Positions 54,206 to 64,000 of a stretch of DNA of 64,000 nucleotides are shown here, in pieces. Numbering within the stretch: the stretch's first letter is position 1; every line of letters begins with the position of its first letter. The stretch spans positions 6,400,001 to 6,464,000 of the forward strand of contig CAWIAD010000002.1 in assembly GCA_963833985.1 (NCBI GenBank), given 5' to 3'. The position numbers were made by a program, and so were the translations under genes. The notes under the pieces are model-generated. The model was not told the origin of the DNA. It searched no databases and worked only from the letters and a program-made list of their open reading frames with translations. Source of the DNA: an uncultured Planctomycetaceae bacterium. GTDB taxonomy: Bacteria > Planctomycetota > Planctomycetia > Isosphaerales > Isosphaeraceae.

Positions 54206-57159
54206 ATGAGTCGCATCGGGCTACTGGGTTGCGCCGCGGCAATGGCCGTGGCTCTGTACGTCCTTGCAAATGGCCCGGGGGCCAAGGCGCAAGAGCCGCA
54301 GCCGCCTGTGAATATTGATTTCGAGGAGGTCGTCGCGGCCGCCCGGAGCGCGGGGCGCACCGCGGGCCGTCCAGTCCGTTTCGTGATTTCAACGAGGTCA
54401 CCCGCCAGGCCGAGAAGGTGGAGGGGCTGTTCACGCTCTACAAGACGGGCGATCATCTCTACGCCGAGGTCCGTCCCGACCAGTTCAACCACCCGCTGCT
54501 CACGCCGGTGACCATCGCGCGCGGCATGGCCCAGGCGGGAATGCCCGTGGGCGACGACGACCGCGTGCTCATCTTCCGCCGCGTTGGCGACCGTGTGCAG
54601 ATCGTACAGCGGAATATCCATTACAAGGCGCCTGCCGGCACCCCCATCGAGAAGGCGGTGAAGCAGAACTACACCGATTCGGTCCTCATGGCCTTGCCCA
54701 TCGTCGCCATGAACCCGATGCGCGGCGGCGCGGTGCTATTCGATCTTTCCGACCTGTTCATGACCGATTATGCCGAGCTGGGCCTGGGCGCGATTGACCG
54801 TAGCCGCAGCCAGTGGACGAAGGTGAAAGGCTTTCAGAACAACATGGAGCTGGAGCTCGAGGCCACGTACAGCGGCGGTGGATTCCGCCGCGGGGGCATG
54901 AGCCGGGGCATGGGCGGGCCAGACCCGCGGGGCCTCACCCTGGTGCTGCATTACAGCATCATGCGGGCGCCGGGGATGGATTACCGCCCGCGCGTGGCCG
55001 ACGACCGCGTGGGCCATTTCCTGAGCGCCACCAAGGATTTCGGCCTCAACGATTCGGACACCAACTTCGTGCGTTTCATCAACCGCTGGCAGCTCAAGAA
55101 GTCTGAACACGGTGCCAGGCTTTCCCCTCCGCGGAAGCAGATCGTCTGGTACGTCGAGGACACCGTGCCCACCGAGTACCGCCCGTACGTCGAGGATGGC
55201 ATCAGTGAATGGAACAAGGCGTTCGAAAAGATCGGCTTCCGGAACGCGATCGCCGTCCGCTGGCAAGAGGAAGGGCGCGACGACTTCGATCCCGAGGACA
55301 CCAACTACTGCACGTTCCGCTGGGTGGCCAGTGAGGCGGGCTTTGCGATGTCGTGCCTGCGGGCCAACCCGATGACCGGGGAGATGATCGACGGCGACGT
55401 GATCTTCGACGCCAGCTTCATTCGGTACTGGAAGCAATCGTACGCACTCCTCATCGGCAGCACGACCACGGCGTCCGGCCAGTCCCAGGCGACCCCCCTG
55501 GCGTTCGGTGAGGTGATCAGCCCGATCCTGGCCTCGAAGATGGGCTTCGGCCAGCCGAACTCGCGCAAGCTGCTGGGCCTGAGCGCGCTCGACAGGCCCG
55601 CGGGGCAGATGGTCGCCGAGGCCGTCCCCTCGGACGAGGACTACCTCCGGTGGCAGCTTGCCAGGAACCTGGCCCGGGGCACGCGCGGCTTCTGCCAGTT
55701 CCAGACCGGCTTCCAGCACGACTTCGGCCTGGCCGCGATCGCCCTGGCCGATGCATCACGCACCGACCCCCCCAGGACGGACAAGGAAAAAGAGAAAGAC
55801 AAGGACAAGGCCCCAAAGAAGCCGGAGCCGAAAACGGAGTTGCCCGAGGAGTTCATCGGCCAGGCGATCAAGCACATCGTGATGCACGAGGTGGGCCACT
55901 CGCTGGGCCTGCGGCACAACTTCAAGGCCAGCACTATGCTCACGGCCGACCAGCTCAACGACACGTCGATCACCCGCACCAGGGGCCTGGTCGGCAGCGT
56001 GATGGACTACAGCCCCATCAACATCGCCCCCAGGGGAAAGAAGCAGGGAGATTACTACTCGACCACGCTTGGCCCCTATGACTACTGGGCCATTGAATAT
56101 GCCTACAAGCCGATCAGCGGCGACGAGGCGAGCGAGCTGAAGAAGATCGCCGCGCGGGCGCCCGAGCACGACCTGGTGTACGCGACCGACGAGGACGCTC
56201 GGCTCAATGATGATCCGTACGTCAACCGCTTCGACCTAGGCGCGGACCCGTGCCAGTTCGGCAAGGACCGCATCGCGCTGGCGAGCGAGCTGCTCAAGGA
56301 CCTGGATTCCCGCGTGGTCCGGGACGGCGAGTCGTGGTCCCGGACCCGGCGCGCCTTCGGCATCCTCATTGGCCAGTTCGGCGACGGGGCCACGCTCGCG
56401 TCGCAGTACATCGGCGGGCAGTCGGTCTCACGCGACCACAAGGCCGACAAGGACGCGCGAGACCCGATCATGCCGGTTTCGGGGGCCAAGCAGCGCGAGT
56501 GCCTGAAGTTCCTCACCGACACCATCCTCAGCGACCAGTCGTTCCAGTTCTCGCCCGTGCTGCTGCGCAGGCTGGGAGCGGAGCGGTGGATGCACTGGGG
56601 CAACGACGGCCTGAACGGTCCGGGCATCGATATCTCGGTGCTCGAGCGGATCCTGGGCATCCAGAAGATCGTGCTCAGCCACTGCCTGGGCGCGGGAACC
56701 CTGGCCCGGCTGGAGAACCAGCAGCTTCAGGCGAACGCCGGAAGCGATCCACTGCGCATGGAGGAGGTCTTCCGGGCGCTCACCGATGGCATCTGGTCCG
56801 ACCTGGACAGGCTGTCGGCGCAGAAGGATCCCAAGGTCAAGGCCGCGCTTTCCACCGTGCGCCGCAACCTCCAGCGCGAGTACCTGCGCCGGCTGGGCAT
56901 GATGGTGCTGGGTGATCGCTCGAACGGCTACAGCGACGCCTTTGGCTACCTGGTGATCACCAGCGGTGGCAGCCCGACGGTTCCGGCCGACGCCCGGGCC
57001 CTGGCTCGCCTGCACCTCAAGGAGATCAGCGGCCGCATCGGCGTGGTCCTGGAGGCCAGGAGCGCCGGACTCGACGACACCACGCGAGCCCATCTCGAGG
57101 AGTGCAGGCACCGGATCGCCAAGGTGCTGGAGGCGAACCTGGACATCCAGGAACCGTGA
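54206..57159 (+). CDS. Secreted zinc-dependent metalloprotease (DUF5117/DUF4953 type; frame break at about 54330-54415)
   Basis: Signal peptide; PRVADDRVGHF, HEVGHSLGLRHNF, SVMDY Met-turn, GPYDYWAIEYAY. Confidence 0.9.
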
Positions 57160-57249
57160 TGAACCCTGGTGACGGATCCCTTTTCCAAGACGTCCCGCCG
57201 GGGCAGTCACTCCGGCGGGACGGCGTTGTTCTGGTGCAGGAGGATGTGG

Positions 57250-58019
57250 ATGAGCCACCGAAGCCATCTCTTCGCGGCCGTCGCCTGTGCGCTGGTGATG
57301 GCCGGTGCGGGGTCGCCGGCCCTGGCGCAGGGTACTGCCGTGCCGCGGCCGGGCCTGACCGCGCAGCAAACCCGCACGGCGGTCACCGTGGCCAGAGACA
57401 AAATGGCCGAGCTGCGCAGGCAGACCCCGGGGGCGGAGCAGCCCGGCGCCGACCGCCGCGAGTTCGTGGTCGGAGTGGAACTGCTCGCCACCAAGGAGCC
57501 CGCGCCGGGACCAGCGAAGGCCGGGGACCAGGGCGCAACGGAGTCCGGCAACCCTGCTTCCACAAAGCCGGATGACGGCGGCCAGGGAGCCGCGCCCCGG
57601 CGCGCGGGCCGCTGGCGCTGGTCACCTCCTACCGGTACTTCGATGACCTGACCATCTTCGCCACCGTGGACCTCGCATCGGGCCGGGTCGTCCACCTCGA
57701 GACCGCACAGCACCTGCGCACCCACCTGTCCGACGCGGAATTCGAAGAGGCCCGGAAACTGGCTCGCGAGCGCAGCGAGCCGGTCCAGGCCCTGTACCGG
57801 AAGTTCGGAGACGCGCTCGCGGTCAACACCCAGTTCAGCCAGTTCACCGTCAAGGGCGACGCCAGGATCCACCGGGCGCTGCATTTGACGTACCGCGTGG
57901 GTACGCGCGACCTGAGCTATCCGCGGCCGATCATTGACCTGACCACGCGCGAGGTCACGACGCCCGCTCCGGAAGAGTTTCCCAGACCACGCGGGGCCGC
58001 TCGCTCGCCCGGACCTTGA
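57250..58019 (+). CDS. Secreted hypothetical protein, possibly amine oxidase N-terminal-domain-like (frameshift near 57610)
   Basis: Signal peptide ...PALAQ; after the shift 'LVTSYRYFDDLTIFATVDLASGRVV...LSDAEFEEARKLA...IDLTTREV'. Confidence 0.6.
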
Positions 58020-58049
58020 ACCGAACTGCCCGAGACGAAGGAGCCTCGC

Positions 58050-59336
58050 ATGACCTGGGTGCCGGCTTGCCGCCGAGCGATGATCGTTCTTGTGGCCGGG
58101 ATGCTCACCGCGCCCGCCGCGCACGCGCAGTTCTTTTCGCGCCGGACGCTCCCCGACCCGCCGTCGCAGGAGCTGACCGCCGAGTTCCTGGTCGGTGACT
58201 CGGGCGGCCTGGAACCGCGCAAGGGGACGGCCTGGAAAGTGCACTATGCGCCGGCCTGCACCGCGGGCTGTACATCACAGGTGCCTGGTACAAGAGGAAC
58301 CTGTCGGAGGACTGGATCAAGGTTCTGGCCGACGCCCGTGTCGCCGAACTGTTCGTGCCGTACCACCAGTCCAGCCAGATTCGCTACTTCGACCTCACGG
58401 GCTTTGCCTTCCCCATGGCCCAGGTGCGCGAGGAGGACGCCGGCGCCAGCGGAGCGCCTCTTGCCGCCGTTCGCGGGCGACTCGTACCCGACCGTGGTCC
58501 GCGAGTACCGCGACCGCGGCGTGGTCTGGAAAGACAACGTGCACGGCGTGCGCCGGGGGAAGGAGCTTGTCATCTGGGGCGCCATCGATGCAGCTAACTA
58601 TATGTATATTCTTTCCTATGGATTCCATGATGACGGCACCATCAGCTTCCGCGTGGGCGCGACCGGGCAGAACCTGCCCGGCCATCGCGGCGAGTCGCAC
58701 ATGCACAACGCGCACTGGCGCATCGATATCGACCTGATCGACGGCAAGAAGAACTCGGCAATGGTGATGCGGCATGTGGAAGACCCCGCGAGCCTGACCG
58801 CCGAGGACGTGGAGGAGCCCTTCAATCGTGGGTTCGAGGGAGGCATCGACTGGGACCCCAAGGAGTTCACCATGGTCCGCATCGAGAGCAACCGCAAGAA
58901 CGCGCGCGGCAAGACCATCGGCTATGACCTCATGCCCGTGCGCATGGGCTCGGCGCGGCATAACGAGGGCTTCACGCAGCACGATTTCTGGGTCACGCAG
59001 GCGCACCCCGAACGGCCCCTGGAATACCTCTACTCCAACCTGCCGGCACTGGTGAAGGACGAGGAGCCGGTGGAGCTCGCGGATATCGTCCTCTGGGCCA
59101 CCAGCTCGTCGCACCACGAACCGCGCGATGAGGATGGCAAGCCTGATTCCGCTCCCAGAATCTGGCCCGGCGACGACGCCTGGGAAGGCTCGGCCCTGGT
59201 GATGTGGAGCGGCTTCGACCTGCGGCCCAGGAACTTCTTCGACCGCACGCCGTTCTATCCCTACCCGCCCTCGCCGCAGGCCGCGCGGCCTGGCCCGGCC
59301 ATCGACGTCGGCCAGCAGGGCTCGGCACGCGAGTGA
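58050..59336 (+). CDS. Copper amine oxidase catalytic-domain-like protein (compensating frameshifts at about 58255-58460)
   Basis: AELFVPY...YFD in the alternative frame; ANYMYILSYGFHDDGTI, HMH..HWRIDID, HDFWVT, DIVLW, HHEPRDED, FDLRPRNFFDRTP. Confidence 0.8.
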   Translation: MTWVPACRRAMIVLVAGMLTAPAAHAQFFSRRTLPDPPSQELTAEFLVGDSGGLEPRKGTAWKVHYAPACTAGCTSQVPGTRGTCRRTGSRFWPTPVSPNCSCRTTSPARFATSTSRALPSPWPRCARRTPAPAERLLPPFAGDSYPTVVREYRDRGVVWKDNVHGVRRGKELVIWGAIDAANYMYILSYGFHDDGTISFRVGATGQNLPGHRGESHMHNAHWRIDIDLIDGKKNSAMVMRHVEDPASLTAEDVEEPFNRGFEGGIDWDPKEFTMVRIESNRKNARGKTIGYDLMPVRMGSARHNEGFTQHDFWVTQAHPERPLEYLYSNLPALVKDEEPVELADIVLWATSSSHHEPRDEDGKPDSAPRIWPGDDAWEGSALVMWSGFDLRPRNFFDRTPFYPYPPSPQAARPGPAIDVGQQGSARE

Positions 59337-59444
59337 AACGGCCCGTCGGATCCGACATCTGTCATTGACCCGGCTCGATCGGCGAGCTAGCATCGACGTT
59401 CGGTTCAGGGCGACAGCGATCGGTCCTGCGGGGGGCCCGCGGAG

Positions 59445-61148
59445 ATGTGTTCGTTGACTGGCTTTCTTCGCGCCTTTGCGGCCGCATGCCTGCTGCTGGG
59501 TCCGCCGCCTCAGGCGCAGGATCGTGAAGTGCGGGAGGTTCCTCGCACCCGGTTCGTGGACCGTTATCAGAACGAGCCGGTGCGGCCGAAAGCGAGTGAG
59601 CCGATCCGCTTTGTCGATTCGTATGAGGACGCGCGGCGCCAGGCAATGGCTTCGGGCCGGCGGCTGCTGGTCTATTTCACGGGGCCGGGCTGTGCGTGGT
59701 GCCGGGTGCTCGAGGCCCGCACGTTCCCCGACGCGGAGGTGGCTGCGCTCAGCCGCGAATTCGTCTGAGTGGCCCTGCATACCGACCGCGACAGCCTGCT
59801 CGCCGATCAAATGCGCGTCGATTCGATTCCGCGATCGATCGTGCTTGACCCCGACGGCACGACGGTGGACGTTCAGGTGGGGTACTGTCCCGCGGCCGAA
59901 TACGCAGCGTGGCTGAAGTCCGCGCGGTCCAAGCCGTCCGTCCGGCTGCCGGCGGTTGCGGGCCAGACCGCTCCACCTCCCGCCGGTGCCGGCGAGGGCG
60001 AGGCGAGCCTGACCGTCTGGTTCGTGGACAATGACCGCGTTGCGTCCACCTGGAACCAGGCAGAGGCCTTTCGCCACCCCGGGCTCCTCTGGTTGCTTTC
60101 GTCGCTGGGTCTCAAACCGCGCATCGAACACATGAGCCGATCGGATTTCCCCACCCGCTGGCAGCAGGCCGAGGCCCAGCACCGGCTGCCCGACCTGATC
60201 AGCCCCACCAACCGGGCCGGCACGATTCGCGATCTGGAAAAAGCCGGGCGATTTCGCGCCGTTGGTTCCGAGCGACTATCGCAACGGACCGAGAACGCCG
60301 CCTGCCAGGATTTCGCCCGACGCTTCCTGTACCTGGTACGCGGGTCGCTGCATGAGTCCAACGGTCGAATGGCGGTGGGCCTGCTGCTTGGTCCCGGCCC
60401 CGGGAACGAGCTGCCCGGACGGGCGCTTTCGCAGGCGGATGGTCGAGCGGAAGCCGAGCAGGTCGCGAGCGAGGCCGTCGCGGCCTACCTGGCGGGCGAG
60501 CCGGAGAAACTGCGGCCGCTGGCATCACGCCGGTCGTCGCAGCTCGCGGAATGCACGCGGCCCGGGCCGTCGCTACGGGGCATGACAGCCCAGACCAGCG
60601 GCGTCGACCTGCGCGGCAATGCACGATTCGCCGTCGGCCTGGTCGAGGCCACCTTCGAGGGCGATCGCTTCCTCGGTGGAGACCCGGTCGCGGTCGTCCT
60701 GCATCGGGAAGATGAGCGTTGGAGGGTGCTGGCGATCTGCCGGGATGCGCTGACGGTGCGGGACGCCGGGCCGGCGCTCTGCGCGCTGACTTCCCAGTTG
60801 GATTCCTCGACCGCGGCTCCCGGCCAACCGCGAATCATCGCGCCCCGCGATGGCCAGGAGGTGGGTGAGGAAAAGCCGGACCTCACCTGGACGATCGAGC
60901 CGGGAGCTGGACCCATCCTCGCGCAGGTATTCGTTCATTTATGCGGCAACACCGACGAGCCCGAGGCAAGCTGGCCCTTTGCCCGTCTGTCGGTCCGTCC
61001 GGCGGAGCCGTCAGGAGGGCGGGTGAACCTGCTTGCCGAGCTCGCCGGCAGCCGGATGAGTGGCTCGGTCTGGGCGATCGGTCGCGGTGGCCATGTCGCG
61101 CTCGCTCCGGACGTACACTACGTGCGCGCTCCGCTCCGAGTGAAGTAA
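59445..61148 (+). CDS. Secreted thioredoxin-fold (CAWC) fusion protein with an in-frame TGA at 59766-59768
   Basis: Signal peptide; LLVYFTGPGCAWCRVLE; REFV*VALHTD continues in the same frame to SIPRSIVLDPDG. Confidence 0.75.
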
Positions 61149-61653
61149 AGACGCTTCGACGAAGGAAACGACCCATGCCGAAGCCGGCCCTTGTCATCGG
61201 GGATAAAGACTAGCGGCCACCCTCGCTGGCGGTTCGGGTTAGTATCCGCTCTTGAACTTTGGCCAATATCAACCTGTGAACCGGGAGCATTGGGACGATC
61301 CCTTGGCTTGAGGCCACCGCCACCGCGCACCGATCACCTGCGTGGACGCAGGACCGGAGCGCGGGTCTGTCATCGTTCCGGATTGTCAAAGAACGTCTCG
61401 TCATACTGAATTCACGATGCAAAGGCATGACCCTTCCGTGGTCGCCGGAATCGTGCTTTTATGCTGCTGTCCCGATGGCGGCCACGACAGGTTCGTTGTA
61501 CGACGGACGCCCACTCTGGACGATCCTCATTGAGACTTCATAGCATGGCCCTCTGTTTCCCTCCGAGCCTCAGCGGGCGCAAAGGATGAACTCTATTGAC
61601 GCTTGATATTTTGAGCGACGGTAACCAGCGGGACACCGACCGCCGCCGGGGTC

Positions 61654-64000
61654 CTACCGGACGTCGCCGTCGAGTGGGGCTCTCATTTGCCCATAGCCGT
61701 ATCGGGACCAGGTCAACCACCACCGATCCTCGTAGGAACGCCCGATTCTCTGTCCAAGTCCATAGCTGAGTTGAAGGATGTCCTTGGTGTCAAGATCCGC
61801 CGTCGCGCGCAGTTGCTCGACCCTTGCAACCGAGGCGCGGGGATCCAAAAGTAGCCAGCTCAGAAACCAATCCACCCGGTTGGCCAGCTCTCGATCGTCC
61901 GCCTGTTCCATCATGGCTCGATCTGTTTCGAAGACAGTCGCAGCCACATCGTGGTCGTACCAACTGAGCAATTGGACAAGTTGGCTGAGGGATGGATCGT
62001 TGAGCGAGCGCGGATTGCCGATAGCAGGTCGCGCGGCGACGGCGCGCCAGAAAACCTCGGGCACAAGAGTCGGGTCGATCTGCTCCACCAGCGGCATCAA
62101 AGCCCCGGTCCCCCCCCGAATCTGCATGGCGAGGAATTCCGCTCCCTCTTCCAGCAACCGATCGATCCCTTTGATGCCTTTCCAGAACGCTTCTTCCGCG
62201 GCCAACGGGTCGCGCCCCTTCAAGCCACAGGCCAGATAGAGGTAGGCTTCCGGGGAATCGTAATAGCGCTGAGTTTCGTCAACCAGCCTCCGGGCACGCG
62301 CTGGATCGGTCATGGCCATCTTCCAGGCGATCGCTGGGGCCAGCCATCTCTGTCCTTCCTCTTGGGGGACCATTCTCAGCACCCGCTCGGCTTCAGCGGG
62401 CTTGTCTGCCGCCAGAGCGACGGCAACGTTCCGTAGAATCAGGTTTGCGGGCGGCCGATGAGTGGCGGACAACTCCCTGGCGATGTTAATCGCTATCGGC
62501 GGGTTGACACGGGCCAGCTGAAGTCCACAGTTCACGCGGTCCGCGAGGTCGTCTTGCGCGAGGCGAACACCCTCGGCCGCCAGGGCCTTGGCCTTTTCCT
62601 TCACTCCCAGCTCATGCAAGCTCCGGGCGACTCTAATCATCGACAGCGGTGCTTTGGCGGCCCTGGCTTGAACCGCGGCGCACGCCAATAAGGCGACTTT
62701 ACGATCGTGAGCTTCCATGTGCAGCTCGTCAGCCACCGCCCAGAGCGCCGCGCTACGGCCACTCGGTGAGTCGATCGATTCGGCCACTTTCTCGGCTCGA
62801 GCCAGATCACTTCGGGCCAAAGCCCTAGCCGCATAAAGCTTGATCACCCGGACCCTGTCTGGCGTCGCGATGCCGTCGGTCTCAAGCTTCTGCAAGGCGC
62901 CAGCAGGATCAGCCGCAGCGAGATAGATCAGCGCATCACCTGCGTAGTTCTGGTTCTTCCGAGCAAGGGCCGCTTCCCAGTACGGCTCCAGTAACCGCCG
63001 CGCCAGAAGCCGCCATTCCTCCTGTGGAATTGCATCGGGAAGCGTGCGCAGCTCCAGCGCCGGCCGTTCGCCGATGCGGATCAACTCGACTGCGATCTCA
63101 TCCTCGCTGGGTTTGATGAGCCGGCCGAAATAGCGAAAACCCTCACGGCGCGAGGAGAAACACCGGCCCCTCGCGAAAGCCCCCCAGCGCGAACCGGCCG
63201 TGATCATCGGTTTTCGTCGTGGTTCGCTCCGGTCCATCGCCCGACTGAAAGACTTCCACGCTGGACAACGGCTTACCCTGTCGGTCGACGACCCGCCCGC
63301 GAATCGAACGCAAGGGCCTCTGGAGCATGGGCAGCAAGAGTTGAGGCCGCTCGCTTATCGTGACCCATTTCGACAGGGTCGGCTCGAACCCGGGAGCGCG
63401 GATCACCACCCGATACGAGGAGCCGACCAGCAGGTTCTCGGGCGTGCGGAACGAGCCGTCAGCCGCGGTGCGCAGGGGGCCATCCTGGAAACCGACGGGT
63501 CCCACGCGGAGAAGGGTTCCGCCTCTGGACCAGACCTCGACCTCCCGGCCTCCGACCGGTTGCCCGGCTCGGTTCCGGACACGGCCGGCCAGCCGTCGCG
63601 TTGGCTTGAGACGGATGGTGATGGTGTTGCCCTGGTTGTCGCGACGTGAATTCTCGACGAGCTGCAAGTCCTGGGTGCCAATCGCCGCGGCCGTGAGGCG
63701 CACAACAACCAGCTGATCGCCGCCCGCAAGGTAATTGATCGTCGCCTGGCCGTCCGGCCCGGTGGTGACGGCAAGCGACACGGCAAGCGAATCAGGAACA
63801 TGCTCGTGGCTGCTGCGGCCGGCAACGGTAAGTACTTGTGGAGAGAGTCTCGCGCTGGGAACCGGTCGTCCGTCGGGGCCTTCGACCTTGACCGTTTTCG
63901 GCCGAGGCTTCCGTAAGGCCAGATCAAACTGTGGTGTGTTGCTCGGCGTGAGTGCGATGGCCAAGCCCGGCCGATAGGACCACAAACGGAAGACAGCCCG
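61654..64000 (-). CDS. Hypothetical protein with carboxypeptidase-regulatory-like repeats and a helical C-terminus (partial; frameshift near 63150)
   Basis: 'GRVVDRQGKPLSSVEV...TTTKTDDHGRFAL' repeats, then an alpha-solenoid-like region; runs off the window end. Confidence 0.7.

Noticed and set aside
5638..63985. Many frameshifts (cbiO, GGDEF, kinase, FG-GAP, TPR, metalloprotease, amine oxidase pair, last gene) as programmed frameshifting or mass pseudogenisation
   Set aside because: They are scattered across unrelated genes with intact motifs and no shared slippery site. Long-read indel error is more parsimonious; read polishing would decide.

Overview
GC-rich bacterial DNA, most likely from a Planctomycete. 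Support: 'LExRxLL' extracellular leader motifs, FG-GAP and CARDB surface proteins, a Ser/Thr kinase-TPR protein, PEP-CTERM proteins and REP-type palindromes. About ten genes carry frameshifts, which suggests long-read indel error. Contents in order: (1) 0.5-4.0 kb, a Y1/HUH (RAYT-like) transposase whose inverted ends recur around a Phd-VapC toxin-antitoxin pair and again as an empty end-to-end unit, interleaved with small cassette-like genes; (2) a GH16 hydrolase and a nikMN-QO ECF transporter with a NikR-type operator over its promoter; (3) a GGDEF/HD-GYP protein, kinase-TPR protein, giant FG-GAP protein, ABC transporter and DedA; (4) a PEP-CTERM/exopolysaccharide region; (5) 49.4-53.5 kb, a three-tier nest in which a REP doublet is split by a group II intron whose RT gene is interrupted, at the conserved PQGxxISP motif, by a 2,015-bp serine-recombinase element with perfect 23-bp inverted ends and which restores the RT frame when removed in silico; (6) a zinc metalloprotease, a split copper amine oxidase-like pair with a variant TPQ motif, and a thioredoxin with an in-frame TGA. 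The best candidates for an undescribed system are the intron-interrupting recombinase element and the RAYT cargo array. All family calls come from reading motifs by eye; no searches were run.
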